64,000 nt of DNA, taken from positions 9,054-73,053 of the forward strand of contig DBYD01000035.1 in NCBI GenBank assembly GCA_002309855.1, in the 5' to 3' direction. Every line of letters begins with the position of its first letter. Position 1 is the stretch's first letter. Both the position numbers and the translations under genes were made by a program. Shown one piece after another: positions 56,940 through 64,000 of the stretch. The stretch is from Bacteroidales bacterium UBA1195. GTDB lineage: Bacteria > Bacteroidota > Bacteroidia > Bacteroidales > WCHB1-69. Under the pieces are notes generated by a model. It saw only the letters and a list, made by a program, of their open reading frames with translations. It ran no database searches and had not been told where the DNA came from.

Positions 56940-57856
56940 TCCCTCCCTTTCCTATACAGCGCGGACATGCCACGGATCTCCTCGGCCATGGACTTACGCA
57001 GCGATAGCGGCTCAAGCACCTCAACGGCGGAACCATGCGAAAGAAGCTCCTGACGGAAATCGAAGGTGGGTTTCAGCCGGTAGGAGAAGAGCGAATAGGT
57101 CTCGTTACGCTCCAACTCCTGCTGCGAGGCGTGCAGCGGCAGCGAACGGAAATAGTTCGCCTGAAACGCCTTAACCTTCAGCACAACCCGCTTCACCTCC
57201 AGCTCATCATCAGCAATGATACCAAAACAGCAGCTGAAAAAATCCTCCGCGTCAAAGTTTTTCGGATACAGGAATGTTTCCGTGGAGATATCCATATTTT
57301 CCATCCGGTCCAACGCAAAAATGCGAAGAGTATGGTTTCCGTATTTTCCAAGCAGGTACCAGCGCCTGCGGAACATCTTAAGGGCATACGGCTCAAAATT
57401 GTAATAATGCACCGCCTCCGAACTCCAATATGGCCTGTAGTCGAACATTATCATGCAGTTGTTCCGCATCGCCTCCAGAATGTCCGAAAGAAATGATTTC
57501 GAGGAGGGCTGCTCCTCCAACAGGATGCGGCTGCGCAACGCACCGCACATGTTGATGCTGTTGTTGACCGAAACCGTCTCCAACATCCATTTCCGGAAAC
57601 CGGACAGATCCTTCATTTCCGCCCTGTCCGCAATGTAATAGGCGTTGTCGGATTTGCGGCAGGCTATCTCCACGCCGAACACATCGGCAATCTGCTCCCG
57701 ATGGTTCTGGAAGGTCCGCCATGCATAGGATTCCCCACCGGACATTTCTGTCCGCTCCCACCTGTCATTTATCTCCGAAAAGGTTATGCCCCTGTCCCCC
57801 TCTTTTGAGACAGTGTCTATCAGCCAGATGTATTTTTTTATCAGTTCCGAGACCAT
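56936..57856 (-). CDS. WYL-domain transcriptional regulator (wHTH-WYL-WCX architecture)
   Basis: It has an N-terminal wHTH-like segment and a RRWYLLGK WYL signature. Confidence 0.75.
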   Translation of the reverse strand: MVSELIKKYIWLIDTVSKEGDRGITFSEINDRWERTEMSGGESYAWRTFQNHREQIADVFGVEIACRKSDNAYYIADRAEMKDLSGFRKWMLETVSVNNSINMCGALRSRILLEEQPSSKSFLSDILEAMRNNCMIMFDYRPYWSSEAVHYYNFEPYALKMFRRRWYLLGKYGNHTLRIFALDRMENMDISTETFLYPKNFDAEDFFSCCFGIIADDELEVKRVVLKVKAFQANYFRSLPLHASQQELERNETYSLFSYRLKPTFDFRQELLSHGSAVEVLEPLSLRKSMAEEIRGMSALYRKGRE

Positions 57857-57898
57857 GATTTGTACCTTTAGTTTTCAAACGCTGCAAAAATAAACAAC

Positions 57899-57923
57899 AA
57901 TTATGCCAAACTATGGCATAATT
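57899..57923. promoter_or_regulatory. Inverted repeat AATTATGCCA-N5-TGGCATAATT upstream of the WYL gene
   Basis: It has 10-bp perfect arms and lies 43 nt upstream of the WYL start. This is a candidate autoregulatory operator. Confidence 0.45.
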
Positions 57924-57993
57924 GCATTATTTCGTGCAGAAAAATGTAATTTTTCACATTTTTCCGCACATAATCCGCAACAATAATCCGTCT

Positions 57994-58066
57994 AAAAACA
58001 CAATTTTTCGGAATTGTATTCCGAATTTTTTTATAATTTTCGGAATTGTATTCCGAATTTTCGTAT
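57994..58066. repeat. 73-bp perfect direct repeat, copy 1 (contains two TTCGGAATTGTATTCCGAA palindromes)
   Basis: It is identical base-for-base to 58982-59054. Confidence 0.95.
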
Positions 58067-58076
58067 TATTCATCCT

Positions 58077-58104
58077 GTAGAGACGGTGCATGCACCGTCT
58101 CTAC
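58077..58104. repeat. REP-like 28-bp perfect palindrome GTAGAGACGGTGCATGCACCGTCTCTAC, copy 1, followed by half-sites GCACCGTCTCTAC / TCACCGTCTCCAC
   Basis: Read directly from the sequence. It lies 3' of the RAYT gene. Confidence 0.9.
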
Positions 58105-58172
58105 ATTATTATTTTGCACCGTCTCTACATTGTTTTCGTCACCGTCTCCACATCGGATACATATCCTTGGTT

Positions 58173-58829
58173 TTATTCATCTACCCATTGTAACACATTG
58201 TTTTTAATATATTGTGCAATGTATTTCATTTCGGTTTCATTTCGTATTATATGGTCATGGAATCGTGTTTGCCACGCAAATGGGATTTTATTTTTGTTTG
58301 CGTATCTTGTCACTGCGGATTTGAAATTACCAATGGAAAACGACAATTTGTTTTTCTGCCGGGATATGTATTGCATCTGTTGGTTTACAAATTCATTTTT
58401 CCAACGGTTTGTTAAAACGTTCCGTTTATTTTGTTTTCCATTTATTGCCTTATTATAAATATAATCCGCACCACGTAGAGACGGTGCATGCACCGTCTCT
58501 ACATTATTATTTTGCACCGTCTCCACAACATCACCGAAACCACCTTGTACGACATCTGCATGAACAAAAACGACCATATGAATATGGTCCGGCATAACAA
58601 CAAACAATGGCACATCCGCATAACGATTGTGTTGTTTCATACATCCGATACATTGCTCCGCATATTTTCCCAATTCTGACAACTGCATTTCACCATCAGC
58701 AATCTCACCGAAATAATGCTGGCGAAACTGTGTACAAATGGTGACAAAATACGCCCCACCATTATAATCGTGCCATCCTGCACGTGCCGAAGGGATACGG
58801 TATCTGTCATAAAACCTGTTATCTGACAT
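58173..58829 (-). CDS. REP-associated tyrosine transposase (RAYT; IS200/IS605-like HUH Y1 enzyme)
   Basis: The HUH motif is MPDHIHMVV. The C-terminal WQTRFHDHIIRNETEMKYIAQYIKNN carries the catalytic-Tyr helix. Three REP-like palindromes are associated with the gene. Confidence 0.75.
   Translation of the reverse strand: MSDNRFYDRYRIPSARAGWHDYNGGAYFVTICTQFRQHYFGEIADGEMQLSELGKYAEQCIGCMKQHNRYADVPLFVVMPDHIHMVVFVHADVVQGGFGDVVETVQNNNVETVHAPSLRGADYIYNKAINGKQNKRNVLTNRWKNEFVNQQMQYISRQKNKLSFSIGNFKSAVTRYANKNKIPFAWQTRFHDHIIRNETEMKYIAQYIKNNVLQWVDE
58475..58502. repeat. REP-like 28-bp palindrome, copy 2, inside the RAYT coding sequence
   Basis: The stretch 58475-58526 matches 58077-58128 with 1 mismatch in 52 nt. 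It translates in frame as ..VVETVQNNNVETVHAPSLRG.. Confidence 0.9.
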
Positions 58830-58913
58830 AAATAAAATTCATTTTGTTCATTTAATATATTAACGGAGGATTGTCCGTTATAATGTATTAACGTTGGTAT
58901 TATTTGCGATATT

Positions 58914-58941
58914 GTAGAGACGGTGCATGCACCGTCTCTAC
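58914..58941. repeat. REP-like 28-bp palindrome, copy 3 (5' of the RAYT gene)
   Basis: The palindrome is identical to the other copies. It is followed by the degenerate half-site GCACCGTCCATAC. Confidence 0.9.
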
Positions 58942-58981
58942 AATATTTCCGGCACCGTCCATACAACATCCGTGACGGAAC

Positions 58982-59054
58982 AAAAACACAATTTTTCGGA
59001 ATTGTATTCCGAATTTTTTTATAATTTTCGGAATTGTATTCCGAATTTTCGTAT
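58982..59054. repeat. 73-bp perfect direct repeat, copy 2; its 3' end merges into the TAtaTTTG -7 box of the downstream ATPase promoter
   Basis: It is identical to 57994-58066. Confidence 0.95.
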
Positions 59055-59075
59055 ATTTGCAAAAACAAAACAGAG

Positions 59076-60233
59076 ATGATTCAACGGTTATTGGACAAAG
59101 ATAGACTTTTGGAAGACAGCACCTTCCTGTTTGGTGCGAGGCAGACTGGGAAATCCACGCTGCTGTTGGAACTGTTTCCTGATGCGCATTTTTATGATTT
59201 ATTGGAGAGCAACACCTTTGAACGGCTCCAGAGAAATCCCTCCCTGTTAAGGCAGGATTTGGAGATGTGCGAACCCGACACGCTGGTCATCATTGACGAG
59301 GTGCAGTCTCTTCCCATACTGCTGAACGAGGTGCAATGGCTGATGGTACGCAAAGGGCTCCGGTTCATTTTGAGCGGCTCAAGCGCACGCAAACTCAAAC
59401 GCGGAGGGGCCAACATGCTTGGAGGCAGGGCGTTGCAAACCAACCTCTACCCTCTTACAAGCGCAGAGGTTCCCGACTTCGACATTGTAAGGGCTGTAAA
59501 TCAGGGCATGATTCCAAGGCATTATCTGGCCGATTCAAGAAAATACTGGCAGATGCTGCAGGCTTACGTGGCGGTTTATCTGCGCGAAGAGATTAAGGCG
59601 GAGGCGCTGGTGCGCAACCTCTCAACCTTCACCCGTTTTCTGGAGGCCGCCGCACTTACCAACGGCGAGATGGTCAATTTCAGCAACATTGCGCAGGATT
59701 GCGGAGTGGACTCGAAAACCGTTGCCGGATATTTCTCCATTCTGGAGGAGACGCTAATCGGCCACATGATTCCCGCGTTTTCAAAAACAGTGAAACGCAA
59801 GCTGCGCCAGGCTCCACGCTTCTATTATTTTGATGTTGCTGTCACTAACTACCTGCTTGGCCGACGCTCAATGGTTCCCGGTTCCGCCGATTTCGGCCAT
59901 GCATTCGAGCATTTTGTGATTCAGGAAATCATTGCATATTTGGGTTATCACCGGATGACAAACGCACTCTCCTATTGGCATACATACAATGATTATGAAG
60001 TGGATGCGATATTAGGGGATGCACAAGTCGCCATAGAGATCAAATCAGCGGATGAGGTGCAGTCCCGACATCTGCACGGGTTGAAAGCCTTCAAGGAGGA
60101 GCATCCGCAAGCCCGTCTGATAGCGGTTTCACTTGACACGAACCCACGGCGGACCAACAACGTTGAAGTCTGGCCGGTCAAGGCGTTCCTGGAACAGCTG
60201 TGGGCCGGAAAGATTTGGACCGAAAACCTGTGA
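59076..60233 (+). CDS. Orphan ATP-binding protein (AAA_14 + DUF4143 type)
   Basis: It has Walker A GARQTGKSTLL and Walker B VIIDEVQ, plus a C-terminal PD-(D/E)xK-like DUF4143 segment (..EVDAIL...IEIK). The start is ATG 59076 (MIQRLL). Confidence 0.7.
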   Translation: MIQRLLDKDRLLEDSTFLFGARQTGKSTLLLELFPDAHFYDLLESNTFERLQRNPSLLRQDLEMCEPDTLVIIDEVQSLPILLNEVQWLMVRKGLRFILSGSSARKLKRGGANMLGGRALQTNLYPLTSAEVPDFDIVRAVNQGMIPRHYLADSRKYWQMLQAYVAVYLREEIKAEALVRNLSTFTRFLEAAALTNGEMVNFSNIAQDCGVDSKTVAGYFSILEETLIGHMIPAFSKTVKRKLRQAPRFYYFDVAVTNYLLGRRSMVPGSADFGHAFEHFVIQEIIAYLGYHRMTNALSYWHTYNDYEVDAILGDAQVAIEIKSADEVQSRHLHGLKAFKEEHPQARLIAVSLDTNPRRTNNVEVWPVKAFLEQLWAGKIWTENL

Positions 60234-60282
60234 GCCAAGAAGATTTCCGCCGGGAAGGTGTTTTGAAAGGGAGGCAAAACTA

Positions 60283-61131
60283 TCATTTTTTTACGTTCCA
60301 CGAAATGCAGTTCAATGCGCCACCTTTTCTGACGGCTTCAAGAGCAAAAATGCCTACGATATCGCAACATGGCAAAGCTTTTTCGATTTGCTCCAACGCC
60401 TGACAGTCCTCCTCCGTCCCCAACTGCGGCACAAGAACCAACTTTCCGACCTGCAGGAAATTGATGTAGCACCAACTTCGCTCACGATGTCGTTTTACTT
60501 TGTATTTCAACGTAATGACTTCAAACTTTTTATCCAAAACCTTTCGGAAACGGTAGTAATAATGCCTTGAAAAATCCTGATAGTTTGTCAGCAGGATTTT
60601 CCCTTCGCCAACATAGTGTAAAATGCCATCGCTATGGCCATACCTTTCACCGTCCCACGGCAAGAACAGGATGTCGCACCGGAAGGCGTCGCGCAGAATC
60701 CTCTCCACTTCGGCAGTGCTTTTGTCATTGTTTTCCACAAAGATCTTGTCTGTCATCACAACGGTGTCGCCGCACTTCACCACGTTGCCGCCGTCAAGAA
60801 CGAGGTCAATGTCTTTGCGGAATTTGAGCATACCGCCAAAATGGTTTTCTTCCGCAAGGAACACCTTTTCGGGGTCGGTTTGAAGACGACGATGATAAGC
60901 CGTATCTTGCAGATAATCTGGTGTATATTTGTAAAACACCAAACGCTCTTCTTCAACCTGTATGGGCATGAAGTCGCGACACCAGATGTCTTTAGTTTCA
61001 GAAAGATAGCTGTACGGAATGCCGTGGTTCCGCAACACTTCCGTGATTTGCGCATTCAGCTGAGGGCATTTCTCCGGCAACATACCGGAGAAATAGACGG
61101 TGTTGGTGAGGGAATCGGTGGTCATTTGCAA
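60283..61131 (-). CDS. Pentein-fold guanidino-group-modifying enzyme (short agmatine-deiminase/PAD_porph-like, 282 aa)
   Basis: The motifs are IWCRDFMP, LDGGNVV, GHSDGILHYV, CYINFLQVGKLVLVP and C-terminal GGALNCISW with a candidate nucleophile Cys. It overlaps the upstream gene by 10 nt. Confidence 0.65.
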   Translation of the reverse strand: MQMTTDSLTNTVYFSGMLPEKCPQLNAQITEVLRNHGIPYSYLSETKDIWCRDFMPIQVEEERLVFYKYTPDYLQDTAYHRRLQTDPEKVFLAEENHFGGMLKFRKDIDLVLDGGNVVKCGDTVVMTDKIFVENNDKSTAEVERILRDAFRCDILFLPWDGERYGHSDGILHYVGEGKILLTNYQDFSRHYYYRFRKVLDKKFEVITLKYKVKRHRERSWCYINFLQVGKLVLVPQLGTEEDCQALEQIEKALPCCDIVGIFALEAVRKGGALNCISWNVKK

Positions 61132-61775
61132 AATCTTTTATAATACCTTGTTATACTCTTTGGCGTTTTTTTTACATAATCCCAAGTTGCATTTTCAAAT
61201 TTTTCTTTACAATTATCTTTGCATGTATATTTTTCAAATAATTTCTGATCATAAAAACACAATGGCACATCTTTTAGATCTTTTTCTTTATATGTAATTC
61301 CATATCTTTCCATCGGATTTTTACAGAGTTCACTTCCCATATTTCCATTATCTTCTTTTAACTCAAGCATAGCTTTCTGTTCAATACAAACATTCAACAG
61401 CTCAAGCATACATACAGATGGTCCTGTAATATATCTTCCTTGACTATCTTTCAAACTTCGAATCAAAATTCCTCCAAACTTACCATCTGCAAACTTACTA
61501 TCAAAACAAACATCAACACCGCTATAATGAAAGAATAAGGTGCCAGCATCTTTGTTCGTTCGGGGGTAAGTTTTTTCATTCCATTTTTGATTAAAATTGT
61601 CTTTATCATAATAATAAAACTCTATTTCCGCAAAATAATACTTAATTGCGCCACATTCAATGCAGTAGTTTTTAAACAAATCCTCCGCAATTTCTGCGCA
61701 CTTCTTTTGAAATTCATGCGGATCCCCATTTAATCCATCAAATGGATTTGTCAATTTTTCCTTTAATGTTTCCAT
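61122..61775 (-). CDS. AAG/Mpg-fold (3-methyladenine DNA glycosylase-like) protein with a Cys-rich C-terminal extension
   Basis: Three blocks match the Mpg pattern by eye. YYFAEIEFYYYD corresponds to IVETEAY. TYPRTNKDAGTLFFHYSGVDVCFDS corresponds to T.R...pG..YVY..YG...C.N. FGGILIRSL....ITGPSVCMLELL corresponds to avLIRA.eP...GP..l. GC is about 33 percent. Confidence 0.5.
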   Translation of the reverse strand: METLKEKLTNPFDGLNGDPHEFQKKCAEIAEDLFKNYCIECGAIKYYFAEIEFYYYDKDNFNQKWNEKTYPRTNKDAGTLFFHYSGVDVCFDSKFADGKFGGILIRSLKDSQGRYITGPSVCMLELLNVCIEQKAMLELKEDNGNMGSELCKNPMERYGITYKEKDLKDVPLCFYDQKLFEKYTCKDNCKEKFENATWDYVKKTPKSITRYYKRFCK

Positions 61776-61892
61776 AATAACTCATGTTTTAAAATTTTCT
61801 GCAAAGGTACAGCATTTCGGCGAAAACGGAAGGGGAATTTTTGTTAAAATTTGTTAAAATTTTCGAAAAAAGTTATTAATATTCTCCCCCCC

Positions 61893-61996
61893 CTTATTTT
61901 GCCGGAAACGGTGCTTTTGGTGCAATTGCGGCAAAATAGCTGGACTTATTTTGCCGGAATTGATATTTTTTGTATATTTGCGGCAAAATTAATTTG
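61893..61996. promoter_or_regulatory. Two tandem 52-bp units, each containing the inverted repeat ATTTTGCCG-N22/23-CGGCAAAAT; the second ends in a TAtaTTTG -7 box
   Basis: CTTATTTTGCCGGAA is at 61893 and 61945. TTGCGGCAAAAT is at 61926 and 61978. A C8 homopolymer lies immediately upstream at 61886-61893. Confidence 0.5.
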
Positions 61997-62008
61997 AATA
62001 GTTTAACA

Positions 62009-63445
62009 ATGAATATTATTGGAAGACAATCTGTAATAAAAAGATTGGAACAGGTTTACCTGTCTGGAAAATCCGAATTGGTTGCCATATTTGGGAGAAG
62101 AAGGGTCGGCAAGACATTTCTCATACGGGAACTTTATCAGGAGGAATGGTGTTTCTACCATACTGGGCTTTCCCCCATCGAAACAGAAAACGGAAAGTTC
62201 ACCACATTAGGGTTGCAGTTGCAGGGATTCGCATCCTCGATGCGCCAATTCGGCGCCACAATTGAAAAAACACCTGACAATTGGCTGGAAGCCTTTGACA
62301 TGCTCACCGGACTGCTGAAAATGCACATCCGCAAAAAACGCTGCGTGGTGTTCATTGACGAACTGCCATGGATGGATACCGAAAGATCCGGATTCATGAC
62401 CGCCTTTGAACATTTTTGGAACGGCTGGGCCTCAGCGCAGAAAAACATCATGCTGATAGTCTGCGGTTCCGCAACCTCATGGATGGAGGACCGGCTCATC
62501 AACAACAAAGGCGGGCTTTATGACCGTGTAACCTGCGAAATCCATCTTGAACCGTTCAAACTGTCCGAATGTGAGGAATATTACCGCAGAAAGGGCATCG
62601 TCATGGACCGATATGACCAGCTGCAATGCCATATGATCATGGGAGGCATCCCGTTTTACATGGACGGTCTGCAAAAGGGGAACAGCCTTGCGCAGAACAT
62701 TGACATTCTTTTCTTCGACAAACACGCCCAGCTGCGGAACGAATTTGAGCGGCTGTTCGCCTCGCTGTTCACCAACCATGAAGATTGCATAAAGGTGGTG
62801 CGCCTGCTTGCAGACCGGCGTGAAGGCTTCACAAGAAAGGAGATAGCGGAAAAGACTGGGATACCCTACGGCGGCGGCCTGACAAAACTGCTGCAATCGC
62901 TCAAAGCCAGCGATTTCATTACCGACTACACACCATACAACCGTTCAACCCGGCAGCAATGCTACAAACTTGTCGACAATTTCTGCCTCTTCTATCTTAA
63001 ATTCATTGAAAATGTGAAAAACCTGTCACCCACTTTCTGGCAGGACAACCTGCTGTCGCCCAAGCTCAACGCATGGCGCGGATTCGCTTTCGAAAATGTA
63101 TGTTTCGAGCATTCCGACAAAATCAAGGCAGCTCTCGGAATCAGCGGGGTGCATACCGAAATCGCCCCGTGGCGGAGCATGGAATCCTCTCCGGCACACC
63201 AGATTGACATGGTCATAGACCGCGCTGACAGGATTGTGAACATCTGCGAAATGAAATACTCCAATGCGGAATACACCATCACCAAGGCATACGACCAGGA
63301 ACTGCGTGAAAAGGTACAGGCTTTCATTGAAGAGACCCACAGCCGTAAAACGCCACACCTGACGATGGTCACCACCTACGGTTTGAAAAGCAACGAATAT
63401 TCCAACCGAATCCAGCGGAGCCTGACATTGGACTGCCTGTTCTGA
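62009..63445 (+). CDS. Orphan ATP-binding protein (Arch_ATPase/DUF234 type), paralogue class of 34874-36016
   Basis: It has Walker A GRRRVGKTFL and Walker B VFIDELPW, and a wHTH-like segment (REGFTRKEIAEKTGI). The C-terminal DUF234-like segment has nuclease-like residues. The start is ATG 62009 (MNIIGRQ). Confidence 0.7.
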   Translation: MNIIGRQSVIKRLEQVYLSGKSELVAIFGRRRVGKTFLIRELYQEEWCFYHTGLSPIETENGKFTTLGLQLQGFASSMRQFGATIEKTPDNWLEAFDMLTGLLKMHIRKKRCVVFIDELPWMDTERSGFMTAFEHFWNGWASAQKNIMLIVCGSATSWMEDRLINNKGGLYDRVTCEIHLEPFKLSECEEYYRRKGIVMDRYDQLQCHMIMGGIPFYMDGLQKGNSLAQNIDILFFDKHAQLRNEFERLFASLFTNHEDCIKVVRLLADRREGFTRKEIAEKTGIPYGGGLTKLLQSLKASDFITDYTPYNRSTRQQCYKLVDNFCLFYLKFIENVKNLSPTFWQDNLLSPKLNAWRGFAFENVCFEHSDKIKAALGISGVHTEIAPWRSMESSPAHQIDMVIDRADRIVNICEMKYSNAEYTITKAYDQELREKVQAFIEETHSRKTPHLTMVTTYGLKSNEYSNRIQRSLTLDCLF

Positions 63446-63557
63446 AACCGCATGCAAAGGCGTGCGGCAAAATTAATTCCACAACCATGTTTTCCGTATC
63501 CAAATTTTATGTAATTTTGCCATCGGATTCCAAAATTGCATAAAATTCACCACACCA

Positions 63558-64000
63558 CTACCGTCCGAACAACCTTCTGAAAAACGCCTTCAAGCCCGGT
63601 TCGTTCCGTGGTGCACCTTTGAACGATGTCATGAACCCGATAAGGTTTTCCGTGACCCCGCCCATCAGCTCATCGGCCTTGGAAAATGCCTTGTTGACAG
63701 TCAGATATTTGTAGTTGCGCAGAATGAACTGGTTGTTAAAGAGGAAGAGCGCGTCCGTCTGCTTTGACATATTCCGCACGCCTGCGAAAGCCTGTTCCCG
63801 CTTATGCTCCCCCTCGAAATCGAACGGCATGGTCACAATGCCGACGGTGGTTATGCCCATCTTACGCGATTCGCGGGCTATGACTGGAGCCGCACCGGTG
63901 CCGCAGCCCCCGCCCATGCAGGAGACGATGAACAGCACCTTCGGACTGTCCGCCAACAAACCGCGTATCTCCGTGATTTTCTTTTCCGCCTCACTTTCAG
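63558..64000 (-). CDS. FtsZ/tubulin-like GTPase-domain-only protein with a C-terminal amphipathic tail (partial; N-terminus outside the window)
   Basis: It has the tubulin signature CMGGGCGTGAAPVIA followed by ITTVGIVTMPFDFEGEHKR (compare FtsZ GMGGGTGTGAAPVVA...LTVAVVTKPFNFEGKKR). The frame stays open to nt 64000. The protein ends about 25 aa after the H7-equivalent, with ..GLKAFFRRLFGR. Confidence 0.7.
   Translation of the reverse strand, partial: ESEAEKKITEIRGLLADSPKVLFIVSCMGGGCGTGAAPVIARESRKMGITTVGIVTMPFDFEGEHKREQAFAGVRNMSKQTDALFLFNNQFILRNYKYLTVNKAFSKADELMGGVTENLIGFMTSFKGAPRNEPGLKAFFRRLFGR

Noticed and set aside
63558-64000. Calling this the housekeeping ftsZ.
   Set aside because: It lacks the T7 loop, the C-terminal domain and the conserved C-terminal peptide. 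Its neighbours are accessory ATPases rather than ftsA and dcw genes.

Overview
The window appears to come from a Bacteroidota (Bacteroidales-like) chromosome. Support: TAnnTTTG-type promoter boxes, a T9SS C-terminal sorting domain, a UpxY/NusG paralogue, a lipoprotein glutaminyl cyclase, and genes with no Shine-Dalgarno sequence. There are four parts. (1) 1-8.7 kb is the high-GC right arm of a siphovirus-like prophage: tape-measure C-terminus, Dit-like protein, Tal-like protein and a 1369-aa tail fibre. The last ~45 residues of the fibre look like a DGR-type C-lectin variable region. (2) 8.7-14.4 kb is low-GC cargo wedged between the tail fibre and host recF. It holds an N-terminally truncated T4-Dam-like methyltransferase, an HExxH protein, a classic AAA+ ATPase with an unknown partner, a chimeric small ORF, and a ParE-type TA pair bracketed by ~42-bp imperfect direct repeats. 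(3) 14.4-56.4 kb is mostly housekeeping: recF, recG, dusB, engB, miaA, murB, ftcD, waaA, dcp, an M16 peptidase, a C39-ABC/HlyD exporter, TolC and outer-membrane proteins. (4) 56.4-64 kb is an accessory island. It holds a WYL regulator plus DEDDh exonuclease, a RAYT (HUH Y1 transposase) cassette, two orphan NTPases with paired inverted-repeat operators, a translationally coupled low-GC pair (AAG/Mpg-fold glycosylase-like protein plus pentein-fold enzyme), and an FtsZ-like GTPase-domain-only protein with a MinD-like amphipathic tail at the window edge. The RAYT cassette has three copies of a 28-bp perfect palindrome, one inside the RAYT coding sequence, and 73-bp perfect flanking repeats. The best candidates for an undescribed system are the glycosylase-like/pentein pair, the prophage AAA+ cargo module and the truncated FtsZ-like gene. 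All functional calls rest on motif recognition by eye. No database searches were run.
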